Part shown: positions 29,991 through 39,371 of the stretch, one piece after another
How positions within the stretch are numbered: position 1 is the first letter of the stretch
Layout: the number at the start of each line of letters is the position of its first letter
Assembly (NCBI GenBank): GCA_043814765.1
Contig: JBDRJQ010000029.1
Location: forward strand, 115,600 to 179,599
DNA: 64,000 nucleotides
Direction of reading: 5' to 3'
Origin: Nanobdellota archaeon
GTDB lineage: Archaea > Aenigmatarchaeota > Aenigmatarchaeia > QMZP01
The notes under the pieces: generated by a model
Database searches by the model: none
Told to the model about the DNA's origin: nothing
Seen by the model: only the letters and a program-made list of their open reading frames with translations
Made by a program: the position numbers and the translations under genes

Positions 29991-30512
29991 ATGCAAACCA
30001 TTGAATGCATACGTGGCAGGCGGAGTGTAAGGAGATATAAAGAAGAGAAAATATCAAAAGGTGATATAATTGAAATTTTGGACGCCGCTGCGCAGGCGCC
30101 GTCATCAGGCAATGTTCAGGATTGGGAATTCATTGTTGTGCAAAAACCAGAAACCAAACTTCAACTTCAAGAAACTGCCATGTTTGGGCAAAAATTTATA
30201 TCAACTGCATCTGCGATAATAGTCGTTTGCAGTAATTTGGATCGAATGATCATCAGATATGGTGAGCGGGGAAAGAGTCTTTATTCCATACAAAACACTG
30301 CAGCTGCTGCACAGAACCTTATGCTGGCTGCGTGGGACAAGGGATTCGGTACATGCTGGGTTGGTGCATTTAACGAGCAGAAAGTTAAAGATATATTAAT
30401 ATTGCCAACAAACGTAAGACCAGTTGCAATGATAACTTTAGGTTATCCAGGAGAAACACCAGATAAAAAGACAGTGGTTGAATTGAACAAAGTTGTTCAC
30501 TGGGAGAGATAG
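29991..30512 (+). CDS. Nitroreductase family protein
   Basis: RRSVRRY, APSSGNVQDW, NLMLAA...GTCW. Confidence 0.92.
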   Translation: MQTIECIRGRRSVRRYKEEKISKGDIIEILDAAAQAPSSGNVQDWEFIVVQKPETKLQLQETAMFGQKFISTASAIIVVCSNLDRMIIRYGERGKSLYSIQNTAAAAQNLMLAAWDKGFGTCWVGAFNEQKVKDILILPTNVRPVAMITLGYPGETPDKKTVVELNKVVHWER

Positions 30513-30514
30513 GA

Positions 30515-30955
30515 ATGATGAAAGAAAGAATTGGTGCAATCATAGTAGGTTTGATTATGCTATTCTCTGTTATGGGGTTTGCGTTGAGTAGTAGCGTAGT
30601 AAATAACCCAGAACCAGAGCAAGGGATTGAACCTATTATAAAGGGTGAATTGACATCAAGTGATGTTTTGTTCATTCTCCAGAATGGAAAAACCATATAC
30701 AGGTATTATTATGCTAATGATCAAAAAAGTCTTGATGATAAGATAACGCTTGAGATTTTTGTAAACAGTATAAAGGATTATGTTGTACTAAATGAAATAG
30801 AATCCAATGAAACTAGTTTGGAAATTGTTGCCGTTGTTAACCAGGAGGGTAAAATAATATCATATAACGGAGAAATTAACAACCAGGATCTTTTCTTAAA
30901 GCTATGCGAAGTCGCTGCCATGAAACCAAAAGAGTGCTTCATGTACGACATCTGA
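30515..30955 (+). CDS. Hypothetical exported/membrane-anchored protein
   Basis: N-terminal hydrophobic helix, C-terminal C...P.EC, translationally coupled to the nitroreductase. Confidence 0.7.
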   Translation: MMKERIGAIIVGLIMLFSVMGFALSSSVVNNPEPEQGIEPIIKGELTSSDVLFILQNGKTIYRYYYANDQKSLDDKITLEIFVNSIKDYVVLNEIESNETSLEIVAVVNQEGKIISYNGEINNQDLFLKLCEVAAMKPKECFMYDI

Positions 30956-30986
30956 TTTATAAATAATAACAGTGTTATATTTTATT

Positions 30987-31208
30987 ATGAAAATTTATAG
31001 ACTAGGTAGTATAGCGTCTGATTTGAGTTTTTGCGGATTCGGAGCGCATCGCGTATTGGGTACATATAATAATCTTGACATTGTTGAAGAAACTAGTCCA
31101 ACTAACACTGATATAGGATACAGACCTGGATATCCTCCAAAAGAAGGTTCACAGAAAAGGAGGCCGTTTGAGATGAATCCTCCGCTCGTAATAGACGTTT
31201 ACATCTAA
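30987..31208 (+). CDS. Small hypothetical protein
   Basis: ATG about 25 nt after a TTTATAAA box. Fills the gap before alaS. Confidence 0.45.
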   Translation: MKIYRLGSIASDLSFCGFGAHRVLGTYNNLDIVEETSPTNTDIGYRPGYPPKEGSQKRRPFEMNPPLVIDVYI

Positions 31209-34135
31209 ATTTTATAATCAGGCAATACTTTCAGTAGCTTAGCTAATTCTGCTTTGCCCTGTGCAAATTCCCTTGTTCCGCCTGCTGAACCGCCTGCTCT
31301 TGCGCATATGTCATTCAGTATTTTGCTGGAGTCTTTTGTTTTACTCATTGCTATTATATCTCCTATTTGGTTTGATAGCACCACAGTAGATGACGGATTA
31401 ATTGTAATTATTTTGTTTGCTATTTCTATCAGTTCTTTTCTGTCGCCTGATATTATTTCAAAAATATTACCTTTAACAGCTTTCTCTAACAAGGCTTTTG
31501 CTTTATCTTCAGCCATATCCTTAATTTCTTTTTCATGGTGTTTTTTCTGCTCTTTCCATAGATTGAAAACTAGTTCAGAAGCCTCTTTCAAGTTTTCTGG
31601 TTTTGTTTTAAAGACCTCCTCGAAGAAGGTTTCTTCTTCTAAATTCATCGGGTTTTTATTGATTTGTTTCCTCGTGTTGTTGAGAGTATCATGGGTTTTT
31701 TTGATTTCGTCAACAAATCTTTCAATTGTGTTGCTTAGTTGATGCGATTCAACAGAAAAAACAGCTGATGCTTTCTGAATTTCTATGGAAGCCTTTTCAG
31801 GAGTTTTATCAAGAACAGATCTTATTGAATGAACAGCTGTTTTTAACGAGTCTAATTTTGATAACGTGTTCAGAACCTCATTCATTATTTTTTCTTGTTC
31901 TTCTAAAAATTTTATAGCCTCTTCTCCACAAGTGAATTCTAGACGATTCACTCCGTCTTGGATTCTTTCGTGTCGAGTTATTTTTATCAAACCTATTTCT
32001 TTTGTGTTGGATACATGTGTTCCTCCGCATGCCTCAACATCCAAATCGCCAACACTGACAACTCTTATAGTTTTTCCAGGTGAAGCTCCTCCCTGATAGA
32101 GAACAAATCCATAATTTTGCTCTGCTTTGCTTCGTGGCATTGTTTGAACATCAACCTTAAGCTGTTCCTTTACCGATTCGTTTGCCTTCTTTTCAATCAG
32201 TTCTATTTCCTTTTCTGTGAACGGAAGATAATGAGTTAAATCTATTCTTGATCTTTCTATGCCTTTTTTTGCTCCAGCCTGCCATACATGCGAGCCTATT
32301 ATTTTTCTGGCTGCACCGGCAACAATATGAGTTGCACTGTGCATCTTCATTAATTTGTAGCGATTTTCCCAGTTCAAAACGCCATGAACTTTCTCGCCAT
32401 CCTTTATTGTTTCTTTGGATTTGTGAAGTGTAATATCTCCTAATTTTTGCGTGTCTAAAATCTCTATTTCTTTCTTTCCTGTGATTAGTTTGCCTTTATC
32501 GCCAGGCTGGCCTCCTCCTTCAGAATAAAATAACGTCTTATTCAAAGCTATCCAATACCCGTCTCTGTCTTTAAAGGTCTTCATCACCTCTGCATCAAAT
32601 TCTTTTTTATATGAATCCTGATAGTAAAGTCGTTCTGTGGGCAAAAGTTTTTCTGTATTGAATTTGAATTGCTCTTCTTTTTCTTCTTTCATATGCTTTG
32701 ATGTTATGGATATATAGAAATCCTCTGGCACTGTGAAATCTATATTTTTTGTTTTAGCAACTTTCTCAACTAGTTCCGGTGTTATGCCGTTTGAAATATA
32801 GAGCTGCGTTAAATATTCTTGATCAATTTTTTTATTTTTCTCAAGCTCTTTTTCTATTAAAAATCCTGCTCTTTTCATTGTGCTTGAGTATTTTGTTTTT
32901 TCTATATCCAGAATCTTCATTAATGGTTCTAGTCCTTCTCCAATTTCTGGAAACATTCCTTTCAAGTGTTTGACATGTTTCGCTGCTATGTCTCCCATAT
33001 CAAAATCGAAAGCATATTCGTTTATGAATGACATTGCGCGTCGCAGTATAACTCTTAGATTGTACCCGCCACCAACGTTTGATGGAATACCTCCATCAGA
33101 TACGGCAAACAACAATGTTTTTGTATGGTCTGCTATAGCATAGAGTGCCTGTATAGGCTCAATAACATGAGTTAAGTCTTTTACTGATATTCCGAGTTTT
33201 TTTGCAATGTTTTCCTTGGCTTTCTTTATGTTGTTTACCTCATCATAATTCAACCCGCCAGCAATCGTTGAGTATTTGTTAAAAAGTTCGTTGTCATGAA
33301 ACCCTGTTTCTTTTTTCATCCATTTTATTACAGAATCAAAAACAACATCATAAGTTGAAGCAGTGCCATTTGAAAACCATACCAACCTTTCATGCCCCCA
33401 ACCAACATCTATAACCTTTTGCGGCAAACTCTTGTAACTGTTTCCATGTTTAGTGAATTGTGAAAAAACAGAATTAACCAACTCCAAGCCTCTTGACATT
33501 GTTTCTAGAGAAGGGCCAAACTGCGAAAAATCCGTCATAGCCCAAACATCTTCTATATAAGTTATCTCTTTTTCAGGTATTCCCATTTCTTTTGTAAGAA
33601 AATTAAAGTTCAATTCTATGCATTTATCTTTCCAATAATTACCAAAAGAGTGCTGGCCTGACATTATAAATGATGTGTGATGTCTGCCTGTTACACCAAC
33701 ATTTGGTATGTCATTGAATCTCAAGCACATTTGAGGTATTATTAAAGGGTCTGCAGGATATTCCATCACAACGTTACCATTTTCGATTCGTTGAAAATCC
33801 TGTATCGAAGCCATTGTAAAGAACAAGTCAGGACGCCACCTGTCAATTACAGGATACCTTTCTATTGATTTATGCCCATTCTTTTTGAAGAAGTTCTCAA
33901 AGAGCTTCCATGTTTCAACATAATCCCATTTTCCTTTTGTTATAGGATTTCCTATAAAACTATAGCTCTCACAAGAAGAGTCTCCGCATGTTTTTCTGTT
34001 TGCATCAAGAGTCCAGAAAAATTTACCACAGGAGCAGGATTTACGAACAAACCCTTTCTCTTTAAATGTTTCTACTTGGTACTGATTTTTCCAGTCATCA
34101 GAAAACTTCTTTTTCAGCGATTCCTTGGTGAACAT
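31205..34135 (-). CDS. alaS: Alanine--tRNA ligase (archaeal type)
   Basis: RWRPDLFFTMASIQDFQ, NVGVTGRH, DVGWGHER, editing HSATH...CGGTH, C-terminal GGSAGG. Confidence 0.97.
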   Translation of the reverse strand: MFTKESLKKKFSDDWKNQYQVETFKEKGFVRKSCSCGKFFWTLDANRKTCGDSSCESYSFIGNPITKGKWDYVETWKLFENFFKKNGHKSIERYPVIDRWRPDLFFTMASIQDFQRIENGNVVMEYPADPLIIPQMCLRFNDIPNVGVTGRHHTSFIMSGQHSFGNYWKDKCIELNFNFLTKEMGIPEKEITYIEDVWAMTDFSQFGPSLETMSRGLELVNSVFSQFTKHGNSYKSLPQKVIDVGWGHERLVWFSNGTASTYDVVFDSVIKWMKKETGFHDNELFNKYSTIAGGLNYDEVNNIKKAKENIAKKLGISVKDLTHVIEPIQALYAIADHTKTLLFAVSDGGIPSNVGGGYNLRVILRRAMSFINEYAFDFDMGDIAAKHVKHLKGMFPEIGEGLEPLMKILDIEKTKYSSTMKRAGFLIEKELEKNKKIDQEYLTQLYISNGITPELVEKVAKTKNIDFTVPEDFYISITSKHMKEEKEEQFKFNTEKLLPTERLYYQDSYKKEFDAEVMKTFKDRDGYWIALNKTLFYSEGGGQPGDKGKLITGKKEIEILDTQKLGDITLHKSKETIKDGEKVHGVLNWENRYKLMKMHSATHIVAGAARKIIGSHVWQAGAKKGIERSRIDLTHYLPFTEKEIELIEKKANESVKEQLKVDVQTMPRSKAEQNYGFVLYQGGASPGKTIRVVSVGDLDVEACGGTHVSNTKEIGLIKITRHERIQDGVNRLEFTCGEEAIKFLEEQEKIMNEVLNTLSKLDSLKTAVHSIRSVLDKTPEKASIEIQKASAVFSVESHQLSNTIERFVDEIKKTHDTLNNTRKQINKNPMNLEEETFFEEVFKTKPENLKEASELVFNLWKEQKKHHEKEIKDMAEDKAKALLEKAVKGNIFEIISGDRKELIEIANKIITINPSSTVVLSNQIGDIIAMSKTKDSSKILNDICARAGGSAGGTREFAQGKAELAKLLKVLPDYKI

Positions 34136-34232
34136 AAGTATACATTAGTCGTATTAGATTTAAGTTTTGAAGCATGCTTTTTGCATCTAAAACTAGGCAA
34201 ATGTTCGGAACCTCGATAAAAATAAAGGAGGT

Positions 34233-34523
34233 TTATCCGAACAAGCTGCTTAGTCCTGCTGCTGCTTCTTCAGCCCTTTCTTCAGCCTTTTCCTCTTTCT
34301 TCTCTTCCTTTGCTTCTGTTACTGGTGCTGCTGCAGGAGCTGCTGCCATAGCTGTTTGCTTTATTGCCTCGTCTATGTTGACATCTGCTAAGCTACTAAC
34401 TAAAGCTTTTATTTGTCCTGCTTCTACCTTTTCACCAGCTGCTTCCATAACCTTTTTCACACTGGCTTCGTCAACCTTTTTTCCTGCACTGTGCAACAGA
34501 AGTGCTGCGTATATCAACTGCAT
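34233..34523 (-). CDS. rpl12: 50S ribosomal stalk protein P1/L12
   Basis: [11 protein letters not shown]...[19 protein letters not shown] before ATG 34523. Confidence 0.96.
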   Translation of the reverse strand: MQLIYAALLLHSAGKKVDEASVKKVMEAAGEKVEAGQIKALVSSLADVNIDEAIKQTAMAAAPAAAPVTEAKEEKKEEKAEERAEEAAAGLSSLFG

Positions 34524-34533
34524 AATGTTCCTC

Positions 34534-35463
34534 CTATTTTTTATCTTTTTTCTCTTCTTTAGATTCTTCTTTATTATCATCAGTTTTTGATTCTTCCTCG
34601 GATTTAGTTTCTTCTTTCAGTTCTTCCTTAGATGCATCCAACTTTACCTTGGATTTAACAGTTTCTGCATGTGCTTTGGCTTTGCTTAAAGTTTTACCAA
34701 TGGTTTCTTTTGTTGGTATGTTAGCTTCATCTGCGAGAGAAACTGCTTCGCTGTGAGCTTTTGAAAGCAAAAATGGTAAGTTATCCTTTGTTATATATCC
34801 TATGCTCATTGAAAGATTGAACGCTTCTGAATGCGCTTTTTGTATATCCTCTAAGTATTTCTCAGAAGGTATGAACAAAACATCCTTTTTGTAAATTATT
34901 CCCTTTTCCCATACAACTAAAAGATTAAGACCAATCTCCATTGGCTCTATGCCAAGTTTTGTGAGCATGTCTGCAAGAGACTTGTTTATTTCTTCTCCTG
35001 CCTTTACTACAAGAGTATCTTTTTTTACTGCTATTTTTTCTCCTTCAACTGTTGCTGGTATTTTGAGTCTCTGTAATTCTCCTATAACAGGCCCTGGTGC
35101 AAGGCTTGTTGGACCAGCTTTTATAACAATATCTTCAGGCGCAATGTCTCCTCCCTTCGCAGCGGCCTTTGTTTTTGATTTAGCAATCACCTTAGCCAAT
35201 CTGAATGGATCTGATTTTGTAAACAGTAAAGCAGACTCACCTTCAACAAACTCCTCCATTTCAGTCATCTTTTTCTCTTTTAATGCAAGAATTATAATAC
35301 GCTTTTTAACCATTTTTATGACTGCCTCATCTCGAAGCTTTTTTCTAATTTCATATAATTGTTTTGCAGGCAGTTTGTGCATGTTGAGTATTCCTACAAC
35401 TGGATATTCACTAAACATTTCTTCAGTCTTCTTCAACATCTCTTTCTTTTTTATCGAAACCAT
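34534..35463 (-). CDS. rpl10: 50S ribosomal protein uL10 (P0)
   Basis: [33 protein letters not shown]. Lies between rpl1 and rpl12. Confidence 0.95.
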   Translation of the reverse strand: MVSIKKKEMLKKTEEMFSEYPVVGILNMHKLPAKQLYEIRKKLRDEAVIKMVKKRIIILALKEKKMTEMEEFVEGESALLFTKSDPFRLAKVIAKSKTKAAAKGGDIAPEDIVIKAGPTSLAPGPVIGELQRLKIPATVEGEKIAVKKDTLVVKAGEEINKSLADMLTKLGIEPMEIGLNLLVVWEKGIIYKKDVLFIPSEKYLEDIQKAHSEAFNLSMSIGYITKDNLPFLLSKAHSEAVSLADEANIPTKETIGKTLSKAKAHAETVKSKVKLDASKEELKEETKSEEESKTDDNKEESKEEKKDKK

Positions 35464-35470
35464 ATTTCAC

Positions 35471-36169
35471 CTATTGAATGAGTATCTTGCCTGGCTTGCC
35501 CATTGTCAGTTTAATGTAAACGGCTTTTATGTTGTTGGCTCCTTTCGGAAGTTTGCCTTTTACAAAATTAGTTACAGCCTCGGCGTTTGTTGCTGTTTTT
35601 TCATCCTCCATTTCTTCATTCCCTAAAGAAACATGAATTACTGGTGTATCTCTCAGTGTGAGTCTTACGTTTTTTCCTAGTGCATTAATAAATGCGTCAA
35701 TTTTAACGTTCGGTGGTACTGGTCTTGTAACCTTTCCTCTAGGACCTAGTATAGCACCAAAATTCTTTCCTATTATAGGCATGAGAGAAACTTCTCCCAA
35801 GAATGTATCATAATCATTTGCTATCTTTTTTATTTTTTTCTTATTTCCTGCCATCTTCTCTATTTCATTTTTCGTTATAACAAGATCGACATGATCCTTG
35901 CCATCTTTAGCAAGAACATCTGCAAAAAGAACAATCTTAGCTTTTTTATTACTGGCTTCTGGCAGAGGAAATTCAACATTAAACCTGTTTTCAGGTTTTT
36001 TTAGATCTAATCCTTTCATTGCTATAGAAAGATCCCATGATTGAGTAAATTTTCTAGGCTTAGAGGTAGATTTAATCTCTTTAATTTTTTCAAGAAATTG
36101 AGCTTTTAATGTCTGTGCCTTTTCCTTTGTTTTTATTATCTTCTCTTCTTTTGCCTCTTTTTCAGCCAT
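35471..36169 (-). CDS. rpl1: 50S ribosomal protein uL1
   Basis: RKFTQSWDL, DLKKPENR, LGPRGK, KLTMG. Confidence 0.96.
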   Translation of the reverse strand: MAEKEAKEEKIIKTKEKAQTLKAQFLEKIKEIKSTSKPRKFTQSWDLSIAMKGLDLKKPENRFNVEFPLPEASNKKAKIVLFADVLAKDGKDHVDLVITKNEIEKMAGNKKKIKKIANDYDTFLGEVSLMPIIGKNFGAILGPRGKVTRPVPPNVKIDAFINALGKNVRLTLRDTPVIHVSLGNEEMEDEKTATNAEAVTNFVKGKLPKGANNIKAVYIKLTMGKPGKILIQ

Positions 36170-36172
36170 CGT

Positions 36173-36200
36173 ATCCTCCTACCGAAGTAGTATAACGGAT
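36173..36200 (-). promoter_or_regulatory. Candidate uL1-binding leader element overlapping the rpl1 SD
   Basis: Minus strand reads AUCC-GUUAUA-CUAC-UUCG-GUAG-GA-GGAU: two stems, an asymmetric internal loop and a cUUCGg tetraloop. It contains GGAGGA. Confidence 0.65.
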
Positions 36201-36248
36201 GTATAACCTCTTTTATGCTGTAGTATATTTAAAGTTTTCGGATTAAAT

Positions 36249-36746
36249 CTAACCGCTCATGGCTTTTTTAAGCTTCTCTTTGAGCTCTTTTTCCTCTTTT
36301 GTTGTCATCTTAGACTGTTTTGCCTGAGCCATTATCTGCTGTTCTTGTATCCTTCCCCAGTTATCAACAATTGAATTCTGTATTTGATTTAATTTGTTTT
36401 CCAGCTGTATCATTTTCTTTGCCATTCTCTCAAGATTGTCGTTTGTTTTCTTCTTTATCTCTTCTATGTCATTGTTTTTGCCGTCTTTATCTATGCCAGG
36501 CCCGTATGTTCTGTCAACAAATGCTGAAATCTCATGAAGTTTTTTATCCACGTTATCCTGTTTCATATGTATTCTTCTGTATTTTTCATCTTCTGCAATC
36601 TTTTGAATTCCTAGTATTATCACTATCAGTCCCATGAAAAGTCCCATCAAGAAAGTGTCAAATCTGCTTATCAGAATCAAAATAACTCCTAGAACAATGA
36701 AAATTATCCAAAACAATAAATTCCAGTTACCGTAGTGTCTATCCAT
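36249..36746 (-). CDS. Hypothetical membrane protein with coiled-coil tail
   Basis: Two TM helices followed by a charged coiled coil. Start set at MDRHYG. Confidence 0.7.
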   Translation of the reverse strand: MDRHYGNWNLLFWIIFIVLGVILILISRFDTFLMGLFMGLIVIILGIQKIAEDEKYRRIHMKQDNVDKKLHEISAFVDRTYGPGIDKDGKNNDIEEIKKKTNDNLERMAKKMIQLENKLNQIQNSIVDNWGRIQEQQIMAQAKQSKMTTKEEKELKEKLKKAMSG

Positions 36747-36783
36747 ATAGTAAGAGTAAAAAACTAAACAATTTAAGCCTATG

Positions 36784-37365
36784 TTATTTTTCTTTCCCAG
36801 ACTTCTTTTCTTCCTTTTTACCTTCTTTAGGAGATTCGCTCTCTTTTGCTTCTTCTGGAGCTTTGCCTTCAAGTGATTCTCCTTCCTTTGCTGCTGCTTC
36901 GGCTTCCTTAGCTGCTTTTGCTTCTGCTACAGCCTTCTTTTCCTCTTCAGTAATAGCTCCCTCTCCTATTGTGATTCCCATGCTTCTGCATGTTCCTTTA
37001 ACCTGGCTAACAAAAGCCGGATCATCAGAACCAAATTTTATTCTTGCTATCTTTTTTGCTTGTTCCTTTGTAAGATCCCCCACCCTTTCCTTTCCTGTTT
37101 CACCAGAACCTTTCTCTATTCCAAGCTCTTTCTTTATTAATCCTGATATTGGAGGTGTACCAACCTCTATTTCAAATTCTTTAGTACTAGTATCGACGAT
37201 AACCTTAACTGGTATTTTCATGCCTGCCATGTCTTTTGTTTTATTGTTTATTGCATCCACTATTGCTTTTATGTTTGCACCTATTGGTCCAAGAGCCGGA
37301 CCTAGAGGTGGACCTGCAGATGCCTTTCCCCCATCAATCAAACACGCTACCACTTGTTTGGCCAT
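36784..37365 (-). CDS. rpl11: 50S ribosomal protein uL11 (charged C-terminal extension)
   Basis: GGKASAGPPLGPALGP, GMKIPVKV, GTCRSMGI. Confidence 0.96.
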   Translation of the reverse strand: MAKQVVACLIDGGKASAGPPLGPALGPIGANIKAIVDAINNKTKDMAGMKIPVKVIVDTSTKEFEIEVGTPPISGLIKKELGIEKGSGETGKERVGDLTKEQAKKIARIKFGSDDPAFVSQVKGTCRSMGITIGEGAITEEEKKAVAEAKAAKEAEAAAKEGESLEGKAPEEAKESESPKEGKKEEKKSGKEK

Positions 37366-37885
37366 CTTCATCTCCTTTTGCTGTTTTTTCTGCTGTCTCG
37401 CTAGTTTCTCTAATAGTCTCGCTTGGTTTCTCTTCTGTAGTTTCTTGTAATGCTTTCTTTATAATCTTTACGAATTCTGTTGATACTGTTACTGGTATTG
37501 GGATGGAAGCTTCTAATAGTTCTATTGTAACTTCTTCCTTTACTTTGTCTATTCTTGTTATTTTCCCCCTTTCTCCTTTGAATGGGCCACCTATAATCTC
37601 TACAACATCTCCCATAGAAATAGTAATTCTAGTCTTCTTTGCCTCAAGGAAATGCTGTATTTCTTCTAATTTTACAGGTTTCTCTATTATACCTCTAGCA
37701 TGCATTAATCCCTGCGTAGCTTTATGGACGTTTCCGGGAGCAGCTTCTATGAAAACATAACCCTTTATCTCTGCCGGATGAAAAACAGATTTCACATCAA
37801 GATTTGTGTTCTCGATTTTTTTTATTAATATGTCTATTACGATGTCTTCTCTTCCTGAAGTTGTTCTTATTGTATATATTGCCAT
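37334..37885 (-). CDS. spt5: Transcription elongation factor Spt5/NusG
   Basis: RTTSGRE, KGYVFIE, KOW motif GDVVEIIGGPFKGERGKI. Confidence 0.95.
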   Translation of the reverse strand: MAIYTIRTTSGREDIVIDILIKKIENTNLDVKSVFHPAEIKGYVFIEAAPGNVHKATQGLMHARGIIEKPVKLEEIQHFLEAKKTRITISMGDVVEIIGGPFKGERGKITRIDKVKEEVTIELLEASIPIPVTVSTEFVKIIKKALQETTEEKPSETIRETSETAEKTAKGDEDGQTSGSVFD

Positions 37886-37908
37886 ATTAGAACCGCCCAA
37901 TTTAACTT

Positions 37909-38082
37909 CTATAAAGCAGGTAAAAGAATCACAAATATTAGGAATATCGCAAATCCTATAACGCCAATTAATCCTATACCTAGCGCAGATACCTTGCCCG
38001 AATTGATAAATTCATCTTTGGTTGGTTTTCTTGCTATCTGCATTACTCTTATATAATGTCTTAAAGTGTCTTTTAGTGACAT
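37909..38082 (-). CDS. secE: Protein translocase SecE/Sec61-gamma
   Basis: Not in the ORF track. Manual translation gives 57 aa, MSLKDTLRHYIRVMQIARKPTKDEF...GIGLIGVIGFAIF..., in the canonical position upstream of spt5. Confidence 0.93.
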   Translation of the reverse strand: MSLKDTLRHYIRVMQIARKPTKDEFINSGKVSALGIGLIGVIGFAIFLIFVILLPAL

Positions 38083-38185
38083 AATATCAATCTTGATTTA
38101 TATATTAATTATAATTTGTTAATATATTGCACTCTATGGCATATTTATAAAGATTTGCTTTAGGTTTAAAATAGACATTATTGAT

Positions 38186-39181
38186 ATGATATCAGAAATC
38201 GAAGATGTATTAAGAGAATGGGGTCCTCATATAGAGAAAGAAATAGAAAAGGCTATACCAAAGGATGGAATTTTTGGAGTAAACAATGTTGTTTGGTACC
38301 ATATAGGCACCGGAGGAAAGAGAATTAGACCGGTTTTAGCTGTAATGACTGGAAAGGTGTTAGGGTGTGACATAAATAAGGTATTGCCTTATGCAGCAGC
38401 ATGTGAAGTACTGCATAATTGGTTATTGGTTCATGATGATATAGAGGATGGTGATACTCACCGAAGAGGAAAACCAACTGTTTGGAAAGAGTTTGGAATT
38501 GACCATGCAATAAATGCAGGAGATTACATGTCACAAAAGGTTTACGAGCTTATTCTAAGAAGCCGTGATATAGGAGTGGATGAAACAACAACGATAAAAT
38601 TATTAGATGAGATGATAAAAACAGCCATAAAAACAGCAGAAGGGCAGGCAATGGAATTTGAATTGAGGAAAAATAACAACCCAACAGAAAAAGAATATTT
38701 GGATATGATCACACACAAAACAGCATATTACCTAACTGCTCCGATGGTCGGAGCGGCTGTAATATCAAACTCTCCACAAGAAACAATTGATAAAATAAGA
38801 GAATTTGGAATGAAACTGGGACCTGCATTTCAGATATCAGATGATTTACTGGATTTAACTATAGGAAAGGGGAGAGAAGATATAGGTTCTGATATTTGTG
38901 AAGGAAAGAGAAGCATGATGGTTGTCCACTGTGCACAGAACTGCTCTGAAGAGGAAAGAAAAAAACTTTTCAACACTCTTAACAAACCAAGAGAACAGAC
39001 AACTAAAGAAGATGTTTTGTGGGTAAAGGATCTTTTTGAAAAACATGGGTCAATGGATTATTCAAGAGAACTCGCGGAGAAATACATGAAAGACTCAAAA
39101 GATACTGTTTCTGATCTTCCAAAGGAATTAAAAAAACTTCTGGAAAATTTTGCCGAATACGTAATCAAGAGAGAACGTTAG
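38186..39181 (+). CDS. Polyprenyl diphosphate synthase (GGPP synthase-like)
   Basis: GGKRIRP, HDDIEDGDTHRRG, EGQ, KTA, FQISDDLLD. Confidence 0.93.
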   Translation: MISEIEDVLREWGPHIEKEIEKAIPKDGIFGVNNVVWYHIGTGGKRIRPVLAVMTGKVLGCDINKVLPYAAACEVLHNWLLVHDDIEDGDTHRRGKPTVWKEFGIDHAINAGDYMSQKVYELILRSRDIGVDETTTIKLLDEMIKTAIKTAEGQAMEFELRKNNNPTEKEYLDMITHKTAYYLTAPMVGAAVISNSPQETIDKIREFGMKLGPAFQISDDLLDLTIGKGREDIGSDICEGKRSMMVVHCAQNCSEEERKKLFNTLNKPREQTTKEDVLWVKDLFEKHGSMDYSRELAEKYMKDSKDTVSDLPKELKKLLENFAEYVIKRER

Positions 39182-39241
39182 CTTTTTAAGCAAGAAATGC
39201 ATTTCTATTCAGTAGTATCATTGTTTAACGTATTTCCTTGG

Positions 39242-39270
39242 TTGTAAAACCCTGTACATAACATCATAAT
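39242..39270 (+). promoter_or_regulatory. Sigma70-like bacterial promoter candidate
   Basis: TTGTAA-N17-CATAAT about 100 nt upstream of the lipoprotein gene, whose SD is AAGGAG. Confidence 0.4.
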
Positions 39271-39371
39271 TATGTGCGGTTATCATAGAAGACTTAATGC
39301 TTTACCTAAGTTTAATTCTGGTGTGATTAACACCTTTCACATACAAACAAATTCTGAAAGGAGTCATATCA

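Noticed and set aside
34233..34580. N-terminally extended P1/L12 as given in the ORF track
   Set aside because: The extension overlaps rpl10. The real start is ATG 34523 with a GGAGG SD. Similar over-long starts were trimmed for tfb, the GGR, the ATP-grasp, CBS, PHP and PRTase genes.
34949..35626. 225-aa plus-strand ORF and other antisense ORFs (e.g. 36863-37450, 20112-20639, 31254-31742)
   Set aside because: These are Ser/Phe/Ile-rich shadow frames lying opposite well-supported genes.
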